Assembly (NCBI RefSeq): GCF_018350175.1
Contig: NC_058373.1
Span: 142,662,001-142,726,000 of the forward strand
Length of the DNA stretch: 64,000 bases
Origin: Felis catus
Taxonomy: Eukaryota
Direction of reading: 5' to 3'
Every line of letters starts with the position of its first letter. The first letter of the stretch is position 1. The notes beneath the pieces are model-generated. The model worked only from the letters and a program-made list of their open reading frames with translations. It did no database searches and had not been told where the DNA came from. The translations under genes and the position numbers were made by a program. Positions 24,826 through 38,189 of this stretch are shown one piece after another.

Positions 24826-26859
24826 TAGAAGCAAATCCTTGACTTTAGAATTTCAGAATTGGCTTTTGAGGTTCGCAGGCGGAGGTAAGAGGGGGCCGGG
24901 GGGGCGGGTGGGCACCACGCCCGGGTCTCTGAGTTATCACCAAGTCCCCAACCCCAGGGATCCGGTGTGACGGCAGACAGCGAGCTGAGGGTTGGGTTTT
25001 ACCACGAACACGATGGGTCCTTGGTCGACTGCCTTACAGACGAACAAAGTCATACCTCCCGCTCGCACGGCTGAGTGTGTGGCTTGAGGCCTGTCCCGTT
25101 ACACTGGGCCCCAAAGTGCTCCGCTGTGGAGCGTGACCGCGGTATTTTTAGCCTGGAAATATTTGCGGGACGGGAGTTGCCCAACACCTACACGGATACG
25201 AGAATTTCCACCAGGCAGCCGTGGAAGACCTCGACCGGAGCCCTGTGAGTCCTCCAAGATCCACACGGCCCCCAAGGCCCGCCGAGGCCCCGAACAAGGA
25301 GGGCTTGCTGTCCGGGGCCGGGCGGGCGGCCGTCAGAGGCCACGCACCATCGCCCCGGAACAAGGCCTTCAGTCAGGTCCGTCCACCTGCAGGCTTCCTT
25401 CTGGGCGGTGGTCAGTGGCAGGACCAGGTGAGCGGCAGGGACTGATAAAGGCCGTCTGTCTGTCCGACTGGGCCCATGTCGGCTGTGGCGGGACCTCGGT
25501 GGCCCCGCGTAAGGGATCTGGTGTCTGGGGCCCCGAAGGTGGGGCCCCCGCGGTCTACATGGCTTTCTCAGGACCCTCAGGAGCCTCACAGAGGAGGAGC
25601 CTGGGCTCAGCGGGAGCAAGGCCCCGTCAGCGGGGTCCTGAACACCGGCGCCCGGGCTTGGCGTCCAGTCTACTCATTTCTGGCTCGATTTGTATTGGTG
25701 TCACCGTGGCACAGAGAGGCCGGGGCGTGGGTGCCGGCGGGGGGGCTGGGGAGGGCTGAGCAGCAGCTCCTGAAGGCCCTGGGCGTCGGGGGAGGCCCGG
25801 CTGTCTCCCTCCGGCCACCCAACCCCAGGGCGACTTTGAAGGGGGCGGCTGATGACGGACTGGCTGCCCCACAGCCGTGGCTTTCAGCTCCGTGTGCCCC
25901 AGAACAAGGCCCTTTCGCTCTCTGAGCCTAAGTGTCCCCCGGGGTGGTGCCGGGGCGCCACGGGGACCCTGCTGTCGGAGGGAGGCGTCCGCTTGGGTCT
26001 CCTTCCAGAGAAGAAGGCTTCAGATTTCCCACAGCCAGACTCCACCAGGGAGAGGGGCCGAGGCTCAGGGGTGGACGCAGGATTCCCACGCAGATCGGAG
26101 GCCAGCGCCGTGGCTCCTGTCCCGTTGGACGCCCCCTTTGGCGACCCTCTTCCGGTGCCAGCCGCCGCGCAGTTCCGAGGGACAGAGGGAGCTCGGGTGC
26201 TGAGCGAACGCGTGACCTGGAGCCCAGGGGCCAGCCGGGGGCAGCGTCAGGCTCCAGCTGAGCAGATTCGACCCACACGGGCCCCGAACCCGGCCGAGGT
26301 GCCGCAAACCCGGAAGTGGACTCGAGACGCGGAGGGCCGGCTGGGCGGTGAGGTAGACGTGATGGGTCCGGATGGATCTCAGGGGTCCGGACCCATGCCC
26401 GCGGCACAGTGCGAACCCACATGGTGGGTCGAGTGTGTTTAAAGGGGCCTGGTGGGGACCCCAAGGCACCGGAGGGACCCGCCAGCTTTCTGTCAGGTGC
26501 TGGCACTCAGGTGCCCGCACGGTCTCTGACACCGACCCTGAGAGGTGGGGAGGAGGTTTGGAAATGTCCGCAGGGGTGCGGCTGCTCTGACCTTCCAGAA
26601 TTCCCCACAGTCCTGGGAGAACAGGCAGCGGAGGAAGGGATGTGAATCTCTTTCCTCTCACAAAGTGGGGACCGAGGGAGCCGTGGATGTGGTGCCTGTT
26701 GGGTGCCCAGGCAAATTACGTCCCTCCCTCCTTCCGAGGCAGTGGAAAGAAAGCCCTGCCCTGCCCTGCACACTGGTGGGATGGTCGTGGGCATCTGAGG
26801 ATCTTCGTCCGAGGCTTCGTTGGCAGTGAAGGGCTAAACGAAGCACGGAAGGTGTTGGG

Positions 26860-27330
26860 TCACCAAGAAGGTGCTTTTGAGAGGGACCTGGAATAGGCGA
26901 AGGAGAGAGGTGTTTGGGGATCTGGCAGAGGATCCTCATCAGAAGGAGCAGCACGTGCAAAGGCCCGGGGGCAGGAGTCTTCCTGGTGTCTGAGCTGCAG
27001 TAAGAGGCTGGTGTGGCCGGAGGGCAGAGAGGAAGGAGAGAAGCTGTCAGACAACAGTTGGGGGAAGAGCCAGACGACGCAGGGGGGCCCTACTTAGGTG
27101 CCCTGCAGGGGAGAAGCAGGGAGGCCAGCAAGAGGTCATCGCCTTGACGCAGACCAGATGCTGGCGGCCACCGGTGGTGGCGTGGAGAGGGGAAGACACA
27201 ATTGGATTCTGAACACATTTTGAAATCCAAAGCCACGCGATCTGCCGATAGCTCGCATGTGGGGCGTGAGAGGACAGGGGTGAGGACGCCTCTGAGTTTT
27301 CCAGCAGGAGCACAGAGGTGAGTGCTCGCC
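26860..27330 (-). mobile_element. L2 fragment
   Basis: gcagcacgtgcaaaggccc...gaggctggtgtggccggag...tggattctgaacacattttgaa...gcatgtggggcgtgagagga. Confidence 0.65.
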
Positions 27331-27714
27331 TCGTGGGTCCGTGAAAGCGACGGAGACGTGGTGGCCGGGCTGCGGAGCCGACCACCAGCTTCCCAGGTGA
27401 TGGTGGCTCCCGCGGCTGCCCCGCCCCCCACCCCAAACCAAGAGAAACTGCGGCTGGTGGGGGTGGGGGGGTGGGAGGACGGGGTCCACCTGTGGGCAGA
27501 CCCTGGGCAGCCAGGAGCCTGCGCCCCCCAAAGGCGTCGCCTTCCAGCAGCAGTGAAGCCGTGGGACGCGGCACCATGAGACGTTGGTAACGAAGCTTGA
27601 AACGTCTCCTCTCGTGCATACACACACTCACGTTCACACTCGGGTCCTGAATATAGTAATATTCACGAGGTTTTGGTGACTTGTGGTTTCTTCGTTATTC
27701 TTGTCTCTCTTCTC

Positions 27715-27953
27715 TAAATTTAAAAAAAAATTTTAAACACTTATTCATTTTTGAGAGATAGAGACATAGCATGAGTGGGGTGGGGGGGGGGGGGAGAGAT
27801 AGAGAGACCCAGAATCCGAAGCAGGCTCCAGGCTCTGAGCTGACAGGCTGACAGCCGTGAGCCCGACGTGGGGTTCGAACCCACAAAGTGCGAGATCGTG
27901 GCCTGAGCTGAAGTCGGTCGCTCACCCGACCGAGACACCCAGGCAGGTGCCCC
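27715..27953 (-). mobile_element. Can-SINE
   Basis: Reverse-complement SINE with a poly-G expansion in the CT region. Confidence 0.9.
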
Positions 27954-28049
27954 TCTATTTTATAATTTTTCTAAAACAAATAGGTGGCACCCCACTCCCT
28001 CCCCCCCCCACCATCCCCTGTCGAGGCAGCCCTAGTTTGTTTCCCTTAA

Positions 28050-28515
28050 AAGGTGCCCATCGTCTTAGACACAGAGATTCTACTTCTGAAACACTATTGC
28101 GAGGAATGTAGCTTAAATAGAACACCGTCAAACAGGATGACGCCACCACAATCCCGCGTCTGCGAATCAGCAGTAAGCCTCCCACCCTGGGTGTCCTCGG
28201 TAGGAATTATCCCTGACTGTCACCGCGTACCAACACTGCGTGTGCTATTATGTAGCCATGGATACTTTGTCTCAGTTGAATTTGTATAAACAGAGGGAAA
28301 TATTTCTGCCTGAGAACTGACAAGAAACCAGATCACAGATGAAGTCAGGTCCCTGGCATGCAAAACGCAACCCAAGGAAAATGAACAGAAAAAAAGACTG
28401 GAAGGAAATGCAGCGTCCATGTTGCCTGAGATTGTGGATGGCTTTGCTTTCGTCTTCATTTTCCGCCCTTTTCAACATTTTTTCGGACGGCGTGTCTTAC
28501 TTTGAGAAAGAAAAA
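28050..28515 (+). mobile_element. L1ME-like 3' end
   Basis: aaagactggaaggaaat...ttttcaacatttttt...tcttactttgagaaagaaaaa resembles the L1ME terminus. Confidence 0.5.
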
Positions 28516-31500
28516 CCACTCCGGTGACTTTTGGTTCCAAACAGCCCGCCCGGTCCTCAAAGTCCGTTAAACACGAGCTTCCGTGCACGATGCCGTCCTT
28601 CCTCCTGCTCAAGGTCTCGTCCGTGTTGACGTACAACAGGGAGTCGGGAAGTGCACGGACTCATCCTGCCTGCCCTGCGGGACCCCTCGGTCCAGAGGGT
28701 CATTGGGCAGGACCAGAGAGGTGACCACCACCATCCACGCTGCCTCCGATGCTCCGTGGACCCGCCCCGCGAGCCCTGGGACGCGGCGGAGGGTGCCGGA
28801 GCCGGCAGGGCCCGGGCTGGTCCCTCTTCTTTGCCCTCGCCTGGTCACCTGGTCCAGAGCGTCCCCGAGGTGAGAGCGGGCGTCAGTTACTGGCCAAGGC
28901 CTCTGGGTGGCTCCACTTGCCCTAGGCTTGGCCACTGTCCCTGTCCTGCCTCTTACCCCTCCCAGCCGGCTCCTTCCGGGAATGTCTGTCCTCCCTGCCA
29001 GTGGCAGCTGAGGACCTGAGAGCCACGGGGCTAGGGAGGTCTGGAAATGTTTCTGTCCTCGTTCTAGTCACGGCGGCTCTGGAGGGGCCTACAATGACCT
29101 CCGTGCACCCCCAAATCCTTGCATGTTGGGAACAGAGATACATGAGAAAGGCGCTCACTTCCGTGCAGAGAAGGTCGAAGATCTGTGATGTGTGTCACCT
29201 GGGGGCGGGGGGGCTGGACGAAGGTGGAGAAACCCTGCACACTTCAGGGGCGGCCCGAGTGGGGGCACCAGGGGGCAGCGGCTTCTCCTTGCGTCCCTTC
29301 CCCCTCCCTCCCTGTCCCATGGCATAGGGTCGCCACGGACTTCTTTTCTGCCCCTCTCCACCCGCCCACACATCCGGGTGCGTCTGGGACCGGCCCGGGC
29401 GCTCCTCCTGCGCGCCCCTCCAGCGAGGGTGGCCAGACCGTAGGCCGTCATACCGCCAAGGGAGCCGTTTGGCCGGGCTCTGCAGCGGCGTGATGGGGAG
29501 TTTTATTGACCAGGCCCCGCAGTCTGGATCGTGTCTACGGCAGCTGTCTGTGCTCGCTCCCAGGAGGGGGGGAAACGTGGAGCCACCTGGCCGAGCTCGC
29601 TGGGAACGGACGTCAGGAGCCGTTAACTGGAAGACCGCGGGCCGCCGTGGGGGCCTGGTAGGGGGAGAGCGGCCTCGGGGGGCCCTGGGGTGCTTTCCCG
29701 CTGCACGCGGTTCCGGACCCCGTGATCGTGAGACAAAGGGCTCTCTTGTCACCGTCCCCCCCCCCGCCCCCCGCCCTCCTTAGCCGGGGAACCGCCGCCC
29801 AGGCCTGACAAGCCCCGGGCCGCACCCTGGAGGTCTGCCAGGCCCACAGGAGGTGCCCCTTGCCGCCCCGGGAGGCCTGGGCCCCACAGCCACCACCACG
29901 GAGGAGGAGATGGGTGTGGGCAATTGGGAGGAAAGAATCCAATGTATTGTCACCTTAATGCTCGCGCAATGAGGTGTGAAATTCTGTGTTTCCAAAATTT
30001 GTTATCAGCCGCGCTCCCTGTCCTCCCGCGCTTGGGCTGCATTGAGGAAATTCGGGAGAAGCGGTGTGATTGCCGTGACATTAGTTATGACAAGCTCGAG
30101 GCTCCATGGCTGGGAGAGCCGGATGGAGGGGGGATTTATCACTCCGGAGAGAGCCTTCAACAGGCTTCATTAGGCTGGAAACGATAATGAATATGTTCCC
30201 TTCACCTGTTTTCATTAATAACGGCTCCCCTCTTATCTTTTGGCCACACGTACCCTTCTTTTATGAACCGTGCATACACCGTAGGGGGGGAACGCGGGGT
30301 GGCCGCTGAGCGCCCACCTGCCTCCCGCCCCCCCTCCTCCTCCACGTCTGGCCGGCAGGGGGCGCCGCGGTCTCACCGAGAGCCGGGCCGGGCCGGGGAA
30401 GGGCAGTTGTCCTGCCCTTCAGGGGCCGGGCGGGGCTGGGGCAGTGGCCAGCTAGACGTGGAGGGAGGAGAGTCAAGGCTTCTGGAAACTTCCAGGCCCT
30501 TACCTCCGCCTGGCTTCCCCCAGCCAGTCTTGAACTTTAGCCAAACGCAGACCTTCCCCGGCCCGTGTTTCTCACACTTTCTTAGAGGGAAGGCAGGGCT
30601 GTGGGAGTGAGCGCCTGCAGGGGCGTGAGCTTGGGGGGCCCGGGGCAGAAGTCATCTCCACTGCTGCTCCGGGCCCCCAGCCCCTCCTCCAGGCCCTACT
30701 TGGGTTCTCCTTGCCTCCCCACGGCGCCCAGCGGCGGCCTCTTGGCTGTCCCCGCTCCCGCAGCAGTCGCTGCAGCTTTTTAAGGCTCCGACCTTGCCTT
30801 TCCCCTTCTCAGAGCCTGTCTGAGGCGACCCCTGACTCTGCCCAGCGGCCTGGCATTCGGGACCCTGGCTGGGCAGCCCCTCCAACCTTCAGGGACAGCT
30901 GCTCCCTCACTCCAGCGGGTCTCTGACAAGGCTCCCAAAATAGCCAGGCACGTTGGCGCCCTGGCCTTCCCTGGCTCAAGCTTGTCTCGCTGCTGGGAAA
31001 GCCTCCCCCTCCCCTGCATTTGGCAAACTCATCTGTACCCTTCAAGGCCCATCCCCAAGGTCACCTCCAATGGGAAGCCTTCCAAAGAAAGGCTCTCGGG
31101 CCCGGCCCGGGCCACCTTGGCACTCCGGCCGCTCGGCCAGTGGGAGAGGGCTTCTCGTCCAGCTCGGGGACGTGCCGCGCTGGGGGTCTCGGGTCAGACG
31201 TGCCCTCCTGTTCTTCCTCCTCTGGGCACTGCTGGCCACCAGCTACCTCCGGGCACTTGGGGCAGAGTGGACTTCTATGTTAGTCCCGAGGTCATTTTTG
31301 CCTTGCAGGTCGGGACTGTGAGGCCCAGAGAGGCCTTAGCAGCTTCCCCACAGTCTGTCAGTCTGTCTATCCGTGCTCTCCTGTACAGCGATACCCTCCC
31401 TTTACTGAGTCCCGCCTTCCTCCAGCAACGGGGAGCGCACTCCCCCGGGCCACGCCGAATCCGTGCACCTAGCTGGAATCTGCACAAGGGGTTCCAGTTT

Positions 31501-34500
31501 GGCCACCCTAGACCCCTGGGAGAAGGTCCAGACTCAGCCGCTGTGCTCCTGGGTTCCGATTCTGCATGGCTGGTGAGCCTGCTGGGCCACCCGGCCTTGG
31601 CGGCCCGTGGGTAAAGGGACAGCCTGGCCTTTCTGTTTCATCTTGCTCAGACCTAGCCTTGCAGGATGAGCTCGTGCTTTGACAAGTGACAGGCTTGAGG
31701 AGGGGTCCTCAGGTGGAGGGAACAGCTCTAACTGAGGCCCGCAGGCACCGCGTGGGTATGTGGGAAGCCGAGAGCAGCGGCGGCCTCCGGACACGGAAGG
31801 CTGGCTGGTGCTGGGGGGAGGGGAGGGGAGGGGGGAACGTGGGAGGGGAGGGGGTCCTCACTGCCAGCACCAGGATGCAGAGGGGAGAGGGCCCCAGGGT
31901 CCCGACTGATGGTCTTGGGATTTTGTTATAACCACCTCCAGGCACAGAGCGGGGAACCCAGCCCGGGCGGCCGGTAAGGTAACGGGCCAGCACTGCTCTG
32001 GCTCAGGACGCGCGTATCTGCACGGGCCCCCCACCCCCACCCCCAGCCGAGGGCTCCTGGTGGCCCGTCCCCAGCCCTGGGCCACGGGGACAACGTGAAG
32101 GAACACAGCAGCATCTGGCTGACTTGCTGGGCCCTCTCCTCCCTTGTTCTGCAGCCATGGTCCTCAGACTTGCTAATTAGTCGGCAACGACACACCCCGA
32201 GAAATGAGCCCGTCTTGATGACACAGTATGCTTTCCAGCCCTGGGTTCCGCTGTTTTCCCGGCAACGCTCGCAGAAAGAGACCAGCACTTTCCCTTCTCT
32301 CGAGGAAGAGTCACCACAGATGTTTTTACAAAGTCAGGGCCAGGGAACATATGAATAAATGCCACGATTCATGTTTGCAAACCCCTCCCTGCCAGCTTCT
32401 GTCTTCACAAGCAAGGGGGGCTGGGGAGGAGGCAGGCAGATATGCGACCTGGGAACGGGGCCAGGCGCTTTGTTCGAGACAGCGTTCCTCTCACAGGCAG
32501 AACTAAGTGGCAGGCGGAACTGGGGAAGCCCCGTGACAATCGGGGGCTCCGGGGTACCCACAGGCCGGCCCACCGGCCAGTCATCGCCTGCCCCCCCTCC
32601 AAGCAGGTGGCCCGGCTCTGAGGAGCTGGGGTACCCACAGGGAGGCCCCTTCACCCTTGGGAGAGGCTCGATTACCCCAAAGGCCAGGGGGCACATTCCT
32701 AATTATTGTAATAACAACAATTAGTGGGAGTGGCGATAACCGAGTCCTGGCTCCCAGACTCTCCCTCCGAACTCAGCCCCACAGCTTTGCCAGAGCCCGA
32801 GAGGGGGCGCGCAGAGCGGGGGTCCTTAGCCCCATCTTATGGATGTGGACACTGGGGTCCAGTGGGGTTCGAGACACCCATTCAAAAGGCTCCAGCTGGG
32901 AAGGGGAGGGTGGGACCGGGTGCCAGGTTCCTTTCTGCTAATGGAAGTGAAGATTGGTGTGGACAGCAGTCCAGTGGGGGGACAGGTATTTTCAGGGTTT
33001 AGCGGCTCCCTGAGGTCACCTATAGACGGTGATCACCTCCTCTGTTTTCCTGCAAAACCAGTGCTACCTGAGAACAAACTGCTACACCTCACATGTGTGT
33101 GTGTGGGTGGGGGGGAGGCATCTCCCTGATATTTATTGAGCACCTACTTTTCTGCCTCTAGACAGTCTACAGCTTACGAGGAGCTCCTTCCCCACAAACT
33201 CCCACAGAGGGGAGGAGGACTCTTGTCTTCAGGGAGCACCCCCAGCAACCCGGGAGCCGCCTGTCTCTGAGCGTCCATCCCTCCGGCAGGACGAGGAGTG
33301 AGAAGGGGCCCAGGGCTCTGTGACCAGGAGGTCCAGGGCAGATGGTATGGAGCCTGGGCGTTTGGGCTGAGGCTTGAAACCATGAGAGGGGAGGAAGGGA
33401 GGACTCCTCCCTGAGGGACAGGTCCACCATGGTCTGCAGGGGGGCCACCGAGACAGGCCACTTTCCGGGAGGAAAGAGTGGACTGCAGGGTGGAGAGAGA
33501 ACTTGCTGGCAGCTCCCAGGGCTTGTGATAACTGGCTACAGTTCACCCTCCAGCCAAGGAGTAGGAGAGAGGAGCGAGGGGTCTCATGGGACCAGGAGAG
33601 AGAAGACGGGAACCAGGGACACGCGGAGGCCGGGAGCTGAGCACCTGGCCGGCAGCAGAGTGCCCAGAAAAGAGACCCACGAACAGCAGCCACTGTGCAA
33701 GATGGCCATAGACCCACCTCCCTGCCTGGCCCTCGCAGAGGGACGCACATCCATGGGGGACTGCCTGGAGGAGGCGGCAGGTTCTGAGATGGGGCCAGGC
33801 TACAGGGAGGTGTTTGTGGGACGGCGCCCCCCCTCCCCGCCGCAGCCCCCCAGGCACCGTTGACTTCCGGACAGGTGCCGGGACCCAGATGCAGTGCCGT
33901 CCTGCGTCTGCAGAGGCGGCCCGGGAGGGAAGGGCCTTCCTCGGGATGAAGCCAGTGACAGAGGCTTCTCTCCACAGCCTCAGAGTCATGTTTTCATTAC
34001 TCAAGTTCTCAGATCACTGTTTACTGCTCCCCACACACGGAGGACTTACTAAAAGCTGGGCCAAGTTAAAAATACCAGCGACAGGGATGTGCAGGGCCCA
34101 AGGCAGCCGCAGAGAGAGGCGCCCCAACAGCGGGGAGGCAGGAACAGCTCCCCTGGAGGGAATCCCTGCCCACATCCTGCCCACCGTCCAGCTGGAGGGA
34201 CAGAGGGCGGCCACACCAGCCCTACTCCACCTGTACCCAGTGCAAGTGCGGGACCAGACCTCACCACCCTGGGCGCCAAAAAGGTGGGGGCAGGGGGCGA
34301 GGTGCAGCGCCTCCCCCCCATTCCTCCAGGAGTTTCCAGTCCCCGGGGAGCTCCTGTGCTCTTAGACATAGCAATGAACCGGCCAGCAGCCCTGGCAGAG
34401 AGCCTCAGGGTGAGTACAGGGACAAGGAGCCTGGCAGGCATTCCTGGAGGTGCTCCTGGAGGAGGTGGCCCTCAGCATGGGATGGGCGTGAGCGGTGGAC

Positions 34501-35532
34501 ATTCTAAATGACACCCAGCATCAGCCGGGGCACGGAGGTTGGAGAGCACGGGAGTTCAGGTTTGTCCTGCTCATGGACAGATGCTAGAGGTCAGAATGAA
34601 GCAGCCGCCTTCATGGGACACGCATGGGGGCAGTGACAATATGGGGGAGGCACCCCTGAAACTCTGAGTGTCCCCCCGCAGCCATGGGCTCTGTCTTGTC
34701 CGGGCCTCCCGGAGAGTTCCAGAGTCAACAGGTCCACGGACGGGGAGACACGGAGCCCGAACCCAGCTCCACCCCCAGTCCCAGAGGGAGTGAAGAGAAG
34801 GAAGGGGGCCGTGACTCATTCTGGGGACACTAGATGGCTGCCTCCTGGCTGAAACCGAAGTGTCATCACAGTCATGAGACAAGCGTTAATGCCTCCAAAT
34901 ATTGGCTGCATGCCACACAAGGTCCTGGTTGCCAGGCCTCAGTTTACCCATCTGATGAGCGAGCAAGAGAGAGAGAGAGAGAGAGAGAAGCCACACATCC
35001 ATCCATCCATCGTGTATTCACTCAGCAAACATTCTCTGGGCCCTTTACTGCATGGCTACGGCACAGGGGAGGGTCAGACGTGTGCTGTGGCCTCCAGACC
35101 TTCCCCCCCCACCTCCCACTGCATGCGGCGGCTCACGGGTGTCTAAAGCAGAGCGTGACAAATGCTGGGTCCGGAGGAGTAAATAAAATCAATAGAAAAG
35201 CCCTTTGAAAGTTAAAAGCACAGTTAACACACGTGCTCCGCCTACGGGGACAGTGCTTCCCAGGGCCCTGGGCCGCGAGGGGGCTTTCTCTTTGGTCAGG
35301 TGTGTGGGCACGGGAAGGGGGGTCACACAGCGCCCCAGACGGCCACTGGATGCAGTAATTCAATTACAGCACGTGTCCCTTTAGTGGAGGTGTCATTCGG
35401 ACCCTCACGGCCCTCCCACACCAGGAAGTCACAGAGGAGAGAGGCCGTGTTCTCCTTATTCAATTAATCCATTATGTCCTCGCTCGGTCTCTGCCTGTAA
35501 ACACCCTCCAGTCTCTATCTTCTTAACTGCAG

Positions 35533-35553
35533 ACACACACGTGTGCACACGCG

Positions 35554-35587
<34 letters not shown>
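35533..35587. repeat. (CA)n microsatellite
   Basis: acacacac run. Confidence 0.9.
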
Positions 35588-35588
<1 letters not shown>

Positions 35589-36499
35589 CCTTTTGCAAAA
35601 TGCAGACCCTTCCTCTCTCCCCCTTCCCGTTCGCAACCACAGCATATCGCCTTCGAGGCTCACGCCCTGTGCGCCCGCAGCCTTGCAGCCCTCCTCGTCT
35701 GCCCCAGTGGTGTCCCCTTGACCCGCCCCCGGGGCTGGCTTCTCAACCTCCGTCTTCGCTGATGTCCCTGCGGCCCTGGGGACCAAGGGCCACTTTCCTT
35801 CCTCTGTTCTTTTCCTCTCTTGGTGTCCGAGATGCCTCTTGGTTTTTGTAAAGATGGGAGACGTGAGGGTGTTTCTGGGAGTCGGGGAAGGGGCCCTGCG
35901 CTCACGGGTGCTGGACATTTGGAGCTGGGAGGGGTGATGGGTAACCAGGCGAGAGGAAGCTCGGGGTCTCTGGGCCCCACCTGTCTCCTGGCAGCTTCCA
36001 CGGCCTTTGTGAACACCTCTCCTCTCTCGTTCCTTAAACGCCATGAGGTTTCCTTTCCCCTGATTCTCTGGATTCTTCCTGTCCGTGGCTCGACCGCCGC
36101 TCTCCGCCACCCCATCGCCCTCAGCAGTTTCAGCCCCGCCCTGGCCCCTGCCACGGCCCCCCCCCCCCACCCATCCAGGCCATTGGGACCACAAGCCCTG
36201 ACCCAGGCAGTGGGCTGTGGGCACAGGCGGGAAGTCACCGCCGAGGAGAGCCAAGTGGGGAAACTGAGGCCTGGGAGAAGAACACCCAGGGTCCCACCCG
36301 GATCCTGACGCCTGTTACCCCGCCCACAGCAGGGACTCTGCCAACGCGGAGCTCCCGCAGACAAGGGCGTGTGGCTCAGCTCGTGTGGCGGCCAGGGGCG
36401 CTCCCTGCAATCGTGGCTCAGGAGAGCCCTTCGTCTGGGCACTGCTCCCGGGTCGGTGAGGGCTAGGGGCACGAGAGCCCCGGGCAGGACACCCAGGCT

Positions 36500-36900
36500 C
36501 AGACAGCTCTGCCCTGAAGCAGCTTTGCAGCCTCAGTTTCCCTGGCCAAGATGGAGGCGGCTGGGTTCAACGACGCTCTGAGTTGTGTGGGCTCTTTTTC
36601 TGTCCTTCCGGCCCCGCACTGTGCCCTCTGTTCCCAGCACAGGGAAGGACAGGAGTGGTCGCCACGGACTGGGGCCTCTCCCACCCCCCCACCCCCGCCC
36701 CGTCGGCACCAGGAATCCCGGCTTCCAGTTCAGGTGACGCTGCGCCCTCGCCCCGTAGCCCCCAGAGTGACCGTATGCTGCTACCCCTCCAGCTTCCTCA
36801 CACCCCGCCCGCATCTCTGTAAATAGCCCTTTATTAAACCCTCCCCAAATCACCCGCCTTGTGTGTGCCATCTGTTTCCTGCTGGGACCCTGCCTGGATC
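36500..36900 (+). mobile_element. LTR33/LTR16-like ERVL LTR fragment
   Basis: 3' end ccagcttcctcacacc...tgtaaatagcccctttattaaaccctccccaaatcaccc...gtgtgccatctgtttcctgctgggaccctg. Confidence 0.6.
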
Positions 36901-37823
36901 CTCCGGGGCCTCCCGTCCCTGTGGCTGGTTCGCCGTCTCCTTGCTTACGCAAGCTGTCAAGCAGGGCAGAGGCTGGGCACGGATCCCCAGGTACAGACCA
37001 CTGTGGGTGCTGGGCCAGGAGGTGGCCAGGCCGCGGGGCCGGGGGGCCTCGAGGGCTGCGTTTAAGGGCCTCCAGTGGCGATCGACCCCGCGTGGCCCTT
37101 TGCAGTTCGCACCGCGTCTGAGTCCTGCGGCGTCACCGGCATGGGGCTTTCAGAGGTGCAGCAGCTCCAGACCCAGAGCTCCCATTAAGGGCCGGTGCTG
37201 GGCAGAGTCTCACTTCCACGTGGGGGTTACAGCCCCAAAGGGAACGGACGGACAGTGGCCTAGGGAGCCTAAACCTGTTCCCCAGCCTCCCCTCACCTGT
37301 TCACCCCCATGCACCTCCCCCTCCCCTGCTGCCCTGCCTTGTGCGGAGGAAGTCCCGAGAAAGCCCACGCGAGATGGTTCCCCACCTTCTCTAGTTAGCA
37401 GGGGAGGGGGAACAACCCGGCTGAGAATGTGCGGGGGTGGGGGGCCCTGCACGGCGCGCGTGGATCAATCGGGGCCCGTTGCTGGCCACAGACAGCGAAG
37501 GCTGCTGCCCGCTGCTCGTGGAGGAAAGGCAGAGTGAAGGAAAATACAATCAGAAATAATTGGCCCATCGGAGAGAGGCAGGGGAAAGGTGCCGAAAAGA
37601 AACTCATCTGCAGGCCGGAGGAAATTTTTGCCGGGAAGAGGGGCTGCCCAGGCGTTAAAAGGCCGTTTCCGATTCCCAAGGTGCCCCCGTGCCTGCCAAA
37701 TGCTTCCTCATCGATTCCTGGATAAGACGGTGCAATTCGGTTCCACGAATATTTAATGAGAACCTACCCTGTGCCTCATTCTGCGCGTGCAGCCCTGGGA
37801 GAGCCGAAAGGGGGTTTGAAAAG

Positions 37824-38101
37824 NNNNNNNNNNNNNNNNNNNNNNNNNNNNNNNNNNNNNNNNNNNNNNNNNNNNNNNNNNNNNNNNNNNNNNNNNNNNN
37901 NNNNNNNNNNNNNNNNNNNNNNNNNNNNNNNNNNNNNNNNNNNNNNNNNNNNNNNNNNNNNNNNNNNNNNNNNNNNNNNNNNNNNNNNNNNNNNNNNNNN
38001 NNNNNNNNNNNNNNNNNNNNNNNNNNNNNNNNNNNNNNNNNNNNNNNNNNNNNNNNNNNNNNNNNNNNNNNNNNNNNNNNNNNNNNNNNNNNNNNNNNNN
38101 N
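37824..38101. other. Assembly gap (278 N)
   Basis: N run. Confidence 0.99.
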
Positions 38102-38189
38102 TTCTCCTTCTCTCTACCTTCCTTCTATGAAAAGTTAAAACAAGACTCTAGAAAACGAATCTAGAAAGCCTCTGACTGACTCCTGCCCT

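Noticed and set aside
28050-28515. AT-rich block first taken for a conserved element
   Set aside because: Better explained as an L1ME 3' end.
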